DNA of 64,000 nucleotides from Amoebophrya sp. A120 (lineage: Eukaryota > Protista > Dinoflagellata). A model generated the notes under the pieces. That model was not told the origin of the DNA. It ran no database searches and saw only the letters and a list, made by a program, of their open reading frames with translations. The position numbers and the translations under genes are program-made. How positions within the stretch are numbered: position 1 is the stretch's first letter; every line of letters starts with the position of its first letter. The stretch is taken from the NCBI GenBank assembly GCA_905178155.1, contig CAJINV010000013.1, forward strand, positions 610,344 to 674,343. Direction: 5' to 3'. This document shows positions 1-11,900 of this stretch, piece by piece.

Positions 1-3000
1 TGGAAGGGAAAACTGCAGGAGGAAAAAGAAGCCGCGGTTTCGCAAGCAGAAAAGGCGGCTCTGGACCGCTTCCAGGGAGAAGCGAGTGTGAAAGATAAAG
101 AGCTTTCTTCCCTCCGGGAAATCAACGCGGAAAGAGATGAACAAATTGTTTCGTTGGAAAAACATTTGCAGACCGCGATGGAAAAGCTGGAAAACGCGAG
201 CGAAACTATGGAAGGGAAAACCTTTGAGCTCCGTCAACAGTTGGAATCTGCGGAACAAGTGAAAAGCCAGCTGGAGCAAGATTTGGCGAGGGCAAAAGAG
301 GAGCAGCAGAAGTTCATTCTTGCCAAAAACGAGGAATTTGCTGCCAGAGAGCGAGAATTGCAGGAAAACTCGGATCTGCAAACCCTGCAGAACGCGAAAC
401 AGGCCTTGCAGCTGCAACTCGACGCCGCGACGACGCGCTCGCAGGAGTTCGCGGAGAAATGCCAGATGGAGCTCGGGAGCTACCGGGAGAAGTTGCTCTT
501 TTTGGAGAAGGAAAAGCAGGATCTTTCGGATAAGGTTCTGCGACTGAACAAGAATTTGTTAGAAGTGAACAGCGAAAACGACGCCTTGGTCGCGGATATG
601 GAGGAAAAGGAGGAAAAACTGATGCAGTACGAGATGCAGCAACCGATGCCGCAGCAGCAATTCCACGCGGCGGCAAATGGACACCACCACTACGGCAATA
701 CTATGTTGCACCACACCCGGCCCCAGAAGCAGTCCATCCGCATTCACCACCTACAGGAGGAGAACAGCTTGCTGAAGCACGACGTCGAGTCCTGGAAGGA
801 GCGAGAACAAACTGCGTGCGCCAAAATCGAAGAGATCATCGCGGATGGAGAAAGGCTCTGGTACGAGTGGGAGCAGGAGAAGCAGGTCCTGGTTGCGGAG
901 AACCTTGAAACGCAGAAGAACGCGAAACTCTACATCAAACAGTCACGAGAAGCTTATCTCCGGTTGAAGAAGGAGGGGTCCGAGTATTGCGCTGGGCTGG
1001 AAAAGCAGCTCGCTTTGCTGCAGCAAAAGGTGGACAGCAAGGGGAATCCGGTGACGAGAGACCCGCTGGACACCGCGCGGACGGACGGCTTCAACAACGG
1101 AGCGAGCCCCGTTTCCCACATTCATGAGACCAATAGTCCGCAGGGAAGTGGCACCAGAGCGGGCAGCTTTGCGGAGATTGCGAACTTTCTGGAAAACGAC
1201 GTCGGCCCGCCGCCCATCGGCAGCTCCAAGGAAAGCAATACAGCGAAGGAGCAGATACGCCTTTTGGATTTGGAAGTGCAAAAGTACAAGGAGAAGTGCG
1301 CTCTGCTGGAACAGCAGCTCAGTGAGGTGGGGAGAAGGATAGCAAGCAGCGATAAGAAGTCCTTTTCCGGCTCGCCCGATCTCGTCGGTGTGGATTTGCA
1401 AATGCCGACGAGTGCGGAGAAACAGGCCGGGATGAACAATGTCAAGCGCGCAAGTCAGATGACGAAGATCGTCGACGCCCTTGGCGAGTCGGTAAGGACG
1501 ACAAATCTGCACGGGACGCCGCAGGTCGGAGTCAACAACGACTCGCCGGAACTCCTGCCGCAGCATCCTATGGGCACTCCTCTGATCAAGGAAGATGAGG
1601 AGGGCTGGGATTGGGAAGACGACGATGTTGATCCTCTGGGCGGAAACAAGACTTCTACAACCGGTGCGGAACAAGAGCAAAAAAAGAATGCACCGCCGGA
1701 AGCAAATACAAATATCAACAAACCTGCTGCAGAAGCTGCGTCCAAGCACCTTTTCGCCGGCCCAAATCCTTCAGCAACTCCAACCGAGCAGGAAACCGTG
1801 ATCAAAAACCTCCAAAAAGAGCGATCGGAGCTGCAGTCGGAACTGCAGCAGACAGTCGACGAGAAGTTGCAATTAGAGCAGTTGGTCACGTCCCTCCAAA
1901 ACGAAAAGTCCGAACTCCAGCTGCTGACGCAGAAGGACAAAATCCAGCTGTCCGCTGCGGTTTCCGGAACGATGCGGAAGTTCTCGAATTCCTTGATGCC
2001 CTCCATTACGGAAGACGAAATCGATCAAACGCAGGATGTCCAGGTTTTGCAGCAGGAAGTGAAGCGGTTGAACGCGAAGCTGCACTTTTTGGCGAACGCC
2101 GCGAGCCAGCAGTTGACCGATCGAGGAGACCAGGAATCCGACATTGCGGAGCTCGAGGCGCAGCGGAATCTCGAAATCGCCGACGACCAGCTAGTCCCGC
2201 CCTCCGGATCCGCGGCGTCCGGCGCGGGTGGCGACATGATGAACCGCAGCTTGAGTGCGAATTTGTTGAATGGCGAAGGAGGTATTGGCCACATGTCGCC
2301 TGGAAAGAAGGGCGCTATGTCGGCGGTGTCCGTTTCCTCCGCCGATTCCATGGCGGTTTGCCACCAGGCAAACACAGTTCTCGACAGCGAGTTTGGCGGA
2401 AATCTCTCGGACATTGTTTTGAATAAGTCCGGCACAACTTCGCTCCACGGTGGAAATAACGAGAACAAGGGCGGTGGAGGAGGGGACAACACGACGTCGC
2501 ACAAGGGCGCTTTCGCAACCGCTGTGAGCAAATTATCCCCGCGGTCCGAGCAACTAATTGCCAATAAAGGAGGAGCATCTTCCGCTTCCCGTCGTCGAGA
2601 TTTGGATGTGCAGAGTGACATGGACAATATCATCTCAGCTGCGCGGTCCCGGACGGGGAGTAGAAAAGCGAATAGTAAGAACGGAAATGGGCTCCAGCTC
2701 GACGTTGAAGATCCGAACGACACAAGCGGGATCAATAACTTGCCCGAAAATGACGTTGACAATATGAACGAGATGAATGTCTCCGAAGCGGACTGCGACG
2801 CCGACTCCGTCGCGATCGGCACAGTTTCCTCGGCGAGTAGACCCCGACTCGTCCCGTCGAGTTGCGACGTGCCCCCCGCGGGCTTGCTGGGCAACGGCGC
2901 GGGGAGCAGTGCGGTCCCCGGGACGGAGGGGGAACGGGACGATGGGGAGCAAGACGATCTGGAGCAGTTGTTGCAGCAGGAGTTGTCGAATGAGATGAAT

Positions 3001-4448
3001 CTAAATTTGAACCCGGAACAGGCCCAACTTCAAAGACAGCAGATGGTCGAGCAGATGCTTTTGCACGGAATCAACGGGCCACAGATGAACGACTCCACCG
3101 CAATAAATGCGAAACAGGATTTCGACGCGAGCGCGCTCCGGGCCTTCGTTGGCACGAAAAACGCGGCCGGGGGGAAAGGCGGCCACCAGGGCCCGTCGGA
3201 AGCGGTGGTGGCTGGGATTGGGAAGGGCGCGGGGAGGATCCAGCTGCAAAGTGGCAATCCGCGGGAGCGGACGATGACGGAGATGAGTGTCAATGGGAAT
3301 TACACCGTGGAAGACGACGACGCGATGTTTAATGCGACGAATAAGGCGGGGTCCTCGGCGAGCATGAACCAGGCCAGTTTGCTGCTGGCAGAAATGGAGG
3401 AGCAGTACAACTTTTTTTCGTGATTTGCTTAAATAATGGCACTGGTAGATAATTTTTCGCGACACCACACACAGCGACTCTCTTTCTTCGTTTCATGTGC
3501 AGCCATAAAAATAAAATTTTGAAATTTCGCGGATTTTGACGGGAAACAAAAATAAAACTTTGAAAGTTCGGTAGTGATTTTTGTAGTTTGGGGCCGTAAA
3601 TGTACCTGCCCGTCATGCTTGTCTTCGGAGGATTACGTTTACCGCCTTCATTTTCGTCTCGTCGGGTCGTTCCGTCAGCTCAATAAAAATAAATTTTTGA
3701 AATTTCGCGGATCGAAGGGACAGACTCCACTGCTTTCGCGCAACGTTTCTTGAAGATAGGCATAGGCCGAAGAAGGCAGTTTTTTGCGAAAGAGGGTGAC
3801 CCTCGTCTATGAAATGCAGAGTCCATCGTCATCCTTTCGTACTGAATCTGAAAAAAAAATCCAAACAGATTTTCCACCGAGCGCACGGAGCTGCAGCTGA
3901 AGATTGACAAGGCGGAGGCGAAAGTTGAGTCGTTGACCAAGGAGCTCGAGCTTTTGAACGACAAGCTGCTTTCGGATAAGCACAAATTCGAGGAGCAAAT
4001 CGCCGAGTACGAGGCGAGCAGCACCGCGTCGCAGATTGAACTGACGAAAATCAAACAGGAACTGGAACTGGAAAAGAAGCGCAATAGTACAACGGAGATG
4101 AATAAGGTACTACCCTCCACCGCAGGAGCTACTTCAGGAGATAATATGAAGGTCGTGCAGCAACTGCAGCAGACACTAGCGAAGGTTACGACCGAGAAGC
4201 AGCAAATCCAAAAGCAGTTCCAGGCGAAGCAGATATCGCTTCAAAACGACGTGAAGAAATTGGAGCAAGAACTGGGGAAGAACTACGAGGGGAAAGAGGG
4301 GGATCGCATGCAAAAGATGATCACCACTTTACGGCAGGAAAGGGACAAAGCACGGGAACTCGCGGAGCAGTTTCACAAGCAACTGCAGAAATTGACCGGA
4401 GTAAAACCGACAAGCGGGGCGGGTGGAGTCGCGACGGGGAAAAAGTAG
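1..4448 (+). CDS. Large coiled-coil protein (golgin/tether-like), 5'-truncated; exons <1-3404, 3869-4448
   Basis: Frame is open from base 1 with heptad-rich E/Q/K/L segments. GT-AG intron 3405-3868 joins EMEE-Q-FSTERTELQL in frame with ORF 3933-4448. Acidic EEGWDWEDDD motif. Confidence 0.75.
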
Positions 4449-5943
4449 TGGGTCGGATAAAAAAAGTTGAAAGTTAATGTGTCCTTCCGTCGGCATTTAA
4501 AGTTTTGTATATTTGTTGGTTACTATGAAAATGAATGTACTTATGTACTTAGAGGGTGTTGGCAGCTGCAAACAGCTCGAGACTGTCTAGGTCTCCATGT
4601 ATTTAATTATGTCGCAAATCATCTTCAAGGTCCTCACGGACCGACGAGGACGAACTGTATAAAGAAAAACCTCTTGCTTTTCCACTAGCGAAACTGCGTC
4701 ACCAATTTTTTCGCAGTGATCGCGGTTCTACTTTTTCAAGAAACAGCTGTGAAAAAATAGGCCTTGTTGAATCAATAACAAAAAAGATTCGGTAGTTTTC
4801 TTGTTCCTTTACAGCGATATCAGGAAATTAATTTCGTGAAACGACAAATTTTCCTGAATCTTCAATCTAGCGACAAATTCTAATAAATACTTCTCGAAAT
4901 AAGCGTAACCCGCACTGTCTGTTGAAATGGTTCGAGCCTCACAAGAGCATCAAATATGAAAGTCAGCTTCAATATCCCTACAAAAACTGAGCCTAAGAAG
5001 CTCGCAGACGACGATTTTTTGTCCGGAATTCAAAGGAATTTCGAATACTAGCTTTGCGCGAATCATAATCTTCGAAACAAAATTCATTAATTCGGCTAAA
5101 AAACAAGCCGAGATGCAGTTGGTGTTACCTTCGGGATGGAAAAAAATGCCCGCGCCGTTTTAGACGTACTTCTACTTACTTACAGCAGGCACCTACTTAC
5201 ATCGGTGCTTTTGGATAGTTCTCACCTCGCCGTCGTCGTGACAATCTTGACGACGACAAATTCGGTATAGCTTTGTCATTCTCATTTCGGTTGAAATCAG
5301 TGGGCACGTCACGCCACCGTCGGTTCTGCAAACACATCGTGCACCAATGAAAAATCGTGCGGCTCGCAACTGAGACTGACATCCTCGTGCTTTTGAACGC
5401 TTCGTGCGGAAAGAGGAGCTCAGTAAACAACTTTGGTACAAGAAAAGTCAAGGAATTTTTCAGCGCTGTCGGTCGTCGTTCACACGTGCACTTGCACTGT
5501 TGGTGCCAGCCCATTGTCTAGTGCGTCTCCCTTGACGAGTGTCTTCGTCTTCTATGCGTTCTTCGTTCTTTCTCAAACAATGCAACAGGACCACAATCTC
5601 GACTACACCTAGAAAAAGCAGTATCTTTTCACATCGTTCTATCCTCCCACGTGAACAAGTCGAGTCTTCCCAGAGTCAAAAAATCACCTTCCCCCGTATC
5701 ATCTATCAAAATGTTTATAGTACACGCCCTCTACCCCAGTCTCGGCCTTGTTTTTCTCCGATTTTGTTTCATCGTTCGTTGGCCCCCCTCCTTCCAACTG
5801 ATGGGACGCAGTCGTAGAAGACCGGTACGCCCACGCGGACAAGGAAACGCAACTATCACCGCGGTGGCGAACACAGCATAGGCAGAAGATCTGCTTGCAC
5901 TTACCGTTTCAAGAAGAAGTAGACAAGAGCTTCCTGCTTTCTG

Positions 5944-8900
5944 ATGGCTCCTCAGCAGGACAGCACCGCTCCGCCGCGGCCGATGCGTGGCAGCAGTCCT
6001 CCTCAGAGCAGCGCGCGCGATGCGGCTCTGCAGGACGATGACGATGATGACGTTAATGATGCTCCAGCGAATAACAACAGGACGGTGTCGCAAACCTTGG
6101 ACAACATCGAGTTTTCTATGCCACTAGGCGCTCTGCAGTCACAGGGCGTGTTCTCGTCTTCTGGGTCCGGGGGACCGGACAATTCGTTCTCCATGTCAAG
6201 GTTACTGATGAAGGACGAGAGAACGGTGGACATGTCCATGGGTGCTCCGCTTGCTGGAAATAGCGGCTCCGCGGCTGCTCGCGGGGTCCGCAGTGCAACT
6301 TCTCCGGGCGGCAGTGTTGCTGTGAGTAACGCTGCGTCCAAGGCAATGAACAACGACGATGCGGACCTCGACGCTTTGATTGGTGGCCCTCGGGGCGACA
6401 GGCTCCGGGAAAGCAGGATGAGCCGGCAACTGCAAAAGCAGCAGATGAAGTCCGGGGCGTTGCGCACCGGAGCGCCGGGAAACAAATTTTCCTCTTCTTC
6501 GATGCAGTCGGCTGGGGGTGAAGTGACGCCTTATTTGGCGTTCTTGCAGGCCGGGGGGCTGGACGCAGTAGAGATGAACTACGACTACGCCAGGATAGTA
6601 GATACCCCGCAGCCGCGACCATCGTCGGCGCCAGATAAAATGAACATCACCAAGTCGATTATGGGCAACAGGCCCACACAGAACCTCCAAAGCGATTCCG
6701 CAAGCAAGCCGTCGCTTTTTCTGAACCCAAAGTACAACAGGAAGCACCTGGAAATCCGGTTACTGACCACGGATAACCAACTTCTATTTTTCGAGCCCGC
6801 AAATTCAAACGATCGCACCGGGATTTTGTCTCGGAAAGCCGGGGAGGTCGCACAGATCAGAAGGTTGCAGGAAGTGCCAGACGTCGTGTTGACTTCCAAT
6901 TCCACCTGGCGCTTGAAGAAGGACGGGATGTTACTGACCAGGTCCACGGGCGCCTTCGCGGTTTGCGAGAAGAAGATCCGAAGAGACTCGAGGGTCAACA
7001 TCATGACGCCAATTCGGGCGTCGAATATTCTGCAGCATTTCGTGATGCACTACGAGTTTGGCACAACAACTTCGAATGCAGATGGTACGACACCTGAGGG
7101 AACATCAAGAACGGAGCAACAGAGCCTGGCTCTCGCGCTTCAGCAAGCGACCGACGGGAAGACTGCGGGTAGTTCCACGGCAAGTAGAAACTACGCCAAC
7201 AAGGCTATAATTTCCACTACTTCCACGCAGGATCTCACTGAGGAGCAAATCCAAGAGCAACTGGAGGAGCAGCGGTATGAGCAGCAGAAGTACCTGGACG
7301 CTTTTTCCCTTGCGCCGGCCGCCATGCCCTGGCTGCGGGTCGGGACCTCGATCCAGGGGCAACTGCAGCTCGTGCCGAAGGCCGACCAGGAAAAGGTGCT
7401 GGTCTTCTACAGCCCACAGATGGCGAAGAAACTGGTCGAGGAACACGCGCTGCAACGACAATACGGGAACAAGGCGGGGTCCTTCAAGAAACAGCACGTC
7501 CCGTTCATGACGCGCGTCCACCGCGAAAGAAAGGCGATCGAAGAATCGCTGGTGACCCTGCAGGCGAAAGCGCACAAGACGGTGACGGAATCCTTCGAGA
7601 TCCAAAGTTTGCAGAGCCGGTTGGCCAACGCGGAAGGCTTTCGGCTGTTGCTCTTGCGCAACCGGTTTGACCCGTTTTTCGACGGCTCGCAGCTACTCGG
7701 GCTCGACCTGGTGCAGCACTCGCACGACATCAAGGAAAAAGCGTTGGAGTATTTCCGGATGGCGAGCTTATACACTAAGGCGTTTTACAAAAAGAAAAAG
7801 GAACTCGATGCGGTGTTTGGGCAGAGTGGGAAAAACGGCGTCACGTCGAGGAGCAACAGTAAAACGAAAGCGGAGTTGAATGCTGCTACTGATGACCCGG
7901 AACTGAACCAATTGATCGCCGACGAGCTCGCGAAGCACCACTTCGACGCGTATAAAAAAGTGATTTCCAAGCAGGTCTGCCTGCCTGGAACCAGCCGCAA
8001 GTGGTCGGAGCCGGTATTTGACGTGGAGACGAATAAGGGCCCGGACGAAAGAAAGGTGTTGAAGACGCACATCATCAGCTTGCGACAAGAGGTCCCGTTC
8101 AACATCCACGACCCGTTTGACCCGTTCTGGATGAAGTGCGAAACGGACGCCGCGGAGTTCCACCGGACTCTGGTGAGCAGCAAGCACCACACGCATTTGG
8201 TCACTGGGAGCAATCAAGCCAACGCGTTTGGCGCGCACACGAAGCCCGGATCACTCCTGGCGACGCAAAATCAGAAACAGAGTTCCTCTGTCGAGAAGAT
8301 CCAGAATGTAGCGCCGGGCTCGGCGGCAGCAGCGGTGGAGCAGTATTTGAGCTCAAACAGCAAGAACACCGTTTCGAGCAACCTTCTGTCCGGTGGGAGA
8401 GTAGGCGGCAGTGCTACCTCGCCTTCCAGTGGCAACAACATCTCGTCTGGAATCCTCAACCTGGACAGCACCAATGTAGGAAACAACAACTCCGCAAATA
8501 ACAAGCAAGTTGACGCCATCACCTCGATCTCGCGGCAGCACGAGAAGCAAGCGCTGCAGCGCATGAATTCTCTCCTCCGGAAAACAGGGCAGTTGCGGGA
8601 GGACGCGAGGAAAGCTTCGCAGCGCGACAAGGACGACAACCAGCCGACGGAGGTGGATGACAGAGAGAAACTGAAGCAGATTGAGGAGGAAAAGAAAAAA
8701 CTGCTCGGCTTCGCCATGGGCCTGGACAACGTCGCTAGCAAGGTGCAAAAAGTGCAGGACAGCGTGGAGAACTCCGGGCAAAACAGCCCGAGTGGTAGCA
8801 GACAGAGCCCGGGGTTGTTCAACTTTTTCCCCGAAAACGCTTCTGATTTAGGCGAAGCTGGACCTCCAGGTGGAACAGCTGGTGGAGGTCTGAGCCCGTC

Positions 8901-11900
8901 CGATGGGATGAGTCTGAATGCGAACACCGATGCGAACAGCGTTTTAGACAATGATAGCCAGCCAGCCAGTATCACCTCCCGCTCCAGGGGCGGGTCGCGC
9001 GGCGGACTCATGTCGCCGACGAAGGCCTCGATGCAAAGGAAGCAAGTCGCCAGAAGCAATTCCGCCGCAAATGACAAGGACGCGCCGAACGCCAACAGCC
9101 CCAGCGCCGCGTCGATTTTAGGGGGAACGAGCAGTGCGGGAGGTTCTGGCATGAACAAGGATACTGCAACTGCGAAGGACCAGCAAACCACGAAGTCCAA
9201 AGCCGTGTCCTCCGCCTACGATGCGCAGATGCGGGAGCAAGCGGCGAAAGCCATGAAGAAAAGGGTGGAGTTTTTGAAACTGATGCAAGAATCGTTTCTG
9301 AAATTAAGGTTTCTGCACGCCTGGCCGGCCTGGCAGCTGGAGGAACTGTTCAGGGCGCACGTCGCGCCGGTGAAAAACGGAAAGAACGGGGGAAAAACGG
9401 CAGGAGATTCTCATCAACAACACCCGTCAAAACAGCACTGGCTTCTGAACGAGTCCTTCCTCCGAACGTTACAGCACGGCCCGACCTCTATGCCCACGCC
9501 AGAAAATTGCCGGCAAGTCGCTGACATGATTGAGAAGATGAAGCAGCTGCTGAAACAAGACATCCAACCCCGGAACACGCCCATCTTCCTCCAAATTGCG
9601 CTGAAAGTGCTAGAATCCGCGTACTTCTTATTGCAGAAAATGCACCTGGCGTGCGCGAAGGTCAATCCGGAGCCGGTTTTCGTCACCAGGAAGGAAGCTT
9701 TGCGGATTCCGCGCATGTTGCACCGCTGGGAGAAGGAAAAAGCACGGAGATTGGTCCCGTCCGAACGGGTGAATCAGTTGCCAGAGATTTTGCAGATCAA
9801 GAAGGAAGTGACCGATTTGAACACGCGGATCGTCAGCACGCGGGGGAGGATCAATTGGACTCTCTCTCGACTGGAATTCATACATCTGCGGAGCCTGAAG
9901 TCGACCGAACCGAACGGGACGAATTTGCTCGACATTTTGAAGGCCGTGCAGCATTTGCTCGCCGGGATTCTGCCGGAGGATCAACTGCCGTTGCACTTCA
10001 ACGTCCCCGCTAGGCCGAAATACATGGAGTCCTGGAAGCCCGGGATCCATCTGATGCTTTCGGATTTGGCGAAATTCAAAAACGCGCTGTTCGACGCGTG
10101 GCAGGACGTGGAAGATCTTTTGGCAAAAGACGAGCTTCTGAAACAAGCGAAAAAACAGCAGTCGCGGTCACGGTCAAACTCCCCAGCTGGTGGAGCTGCA
10201 AGAGAAAAGGAAAACAACAAGCAAACAGAGGAACAAGACGAGGAGCTGTCTATCGGGAGTTACTGGAAACCGCATTTGCGGAGATTAATCAAGGCGTGCG
10301 GGAAGCCGCTTTCCACCGGGATCAACGAACAGCGGTTAGCGAATTTCAAGCACTGCCGGGTGGTGATTTCTGCTTTGACGCTGGACCCTTATACCGGGAA
10401 GTTCACGAACGTGACGTCCATGTTCAAGGATGACAAGGCTTGCGCGTTTCTCTTCAAGTTCGTCCAGAATCTCACCATGTTGAAGGAGATGGTGGAAAAG
10501 TTACTCGAGTTGAAACAGGAGTCTAAAGAGGTCGAGGAAGCGGGCATTTTCTACATCTGGGAAACTGAAACAAAACGCGAATTGGAACTGCAGCACCGGA
10601 ACAAGGGCGAAATCGCCAGGATGCGTGAGAAAGAGGCGCTGGCGGCTGGCGGAGGGAGCGGTGCGGCCGGAGCAACTTCTTCCACCGGCGCTGTTGCCGA
10701 CAAAGACGTCGACGACGCCATCAAAGCGGCACAGGACGAAGCGATCGCCGCGGCGGCGACCAAGGGGAGGCTGTCAAGCACGACGAGAAATGTGATGGAG
10801 AAAAAGCGAGCGAAGTTGGAGCAACTGGAGCAATTGTTGTTGGCCGAGCAGGAGATCGCGTTCAGCCAACCCGAGTTGGAGAAACAGTTGTCTGGCGCGG
10901 CGGGGACCGAGCAGCAAGAAGATCCGGACTACGTGAACAAAAAAGCGAAGCACGAAGCGCTGTTGCTCGCTCTCCGCGCGGAAAAACGCGAGCTGGACGC
11001 GATTTTGGCGAACCAGCCACCAAGTACTAGTGCCGCGGGGGCGGCGAACAAGGGGCTGTTGCGGAGATCCTCGACTGTGTCGCTAGAGAAGGCTGATAGT
11101 GGTGTTCAGGATGGCACTGACGGGACGAACGCAAGTTCAGCTGCGGCGAAAAAAGCGCTCCTGCGCCGTATGTCCACCACCGGCTTGGACCACACCGGCT
11201 TAGAGCAAGAAGACTTACCCGCAAGCCTGGCGCCCTACCGATTCGCGAACGACGACCGCCATCCGGACGAGATTTTGCCTGGGGGAGGCACCGCCGCAAA
11301 TAGCGCGGAAGGGAATAAGCAAGCAGAGGACGTCGAAAGCGCCGGCGCGGCGACGACCGCGTTGCAACTGCAATCGCCCTTGAACTTGAAGCGCGGCCTG
11401 CCTGGTCCACCGATGAGCCCAAGACAGGCGGGTGCCATAGCGGTGGAAGCCGATAAGAAGTACTTGCGATCCTTGAAATCGGTCGAGCTCGACGGAGGGC
11501 AAAAGCAGCCAGATGGAACATCAACGGCAAAGCAGCAAGATTTCACGGCGAGTAAGACCCCCGGGGTTTTCGGTGGGTTATTGAAACAGGAGAAGTACCA
11601 CAAGCAACAGAATATTGAGAAGCAGAAGATCCAGAAGCAAATGGAACAGGAAGTTCCTCGCTCGGCGTCAGATTTTTTCACTGGGGTAAAGCGATTAGAT
11701 AAAGACTTGAACAGCAGCTACTTTGAGTTCGAGCTGCACGCCACGTGGCGCGGCAGACGGATCGGGCTAGAACTGGAGAAGCAACTCGCGCAGGAGAACG
11801 GCGTGGAAATTTTCCAGATCTCCCGCTCCTCCAACGACACGCTCGGATTGCAGTGTGTGGTTGATAAAAGTTTCCTCCGTTTGAAGCAGGATTTGTGCCA

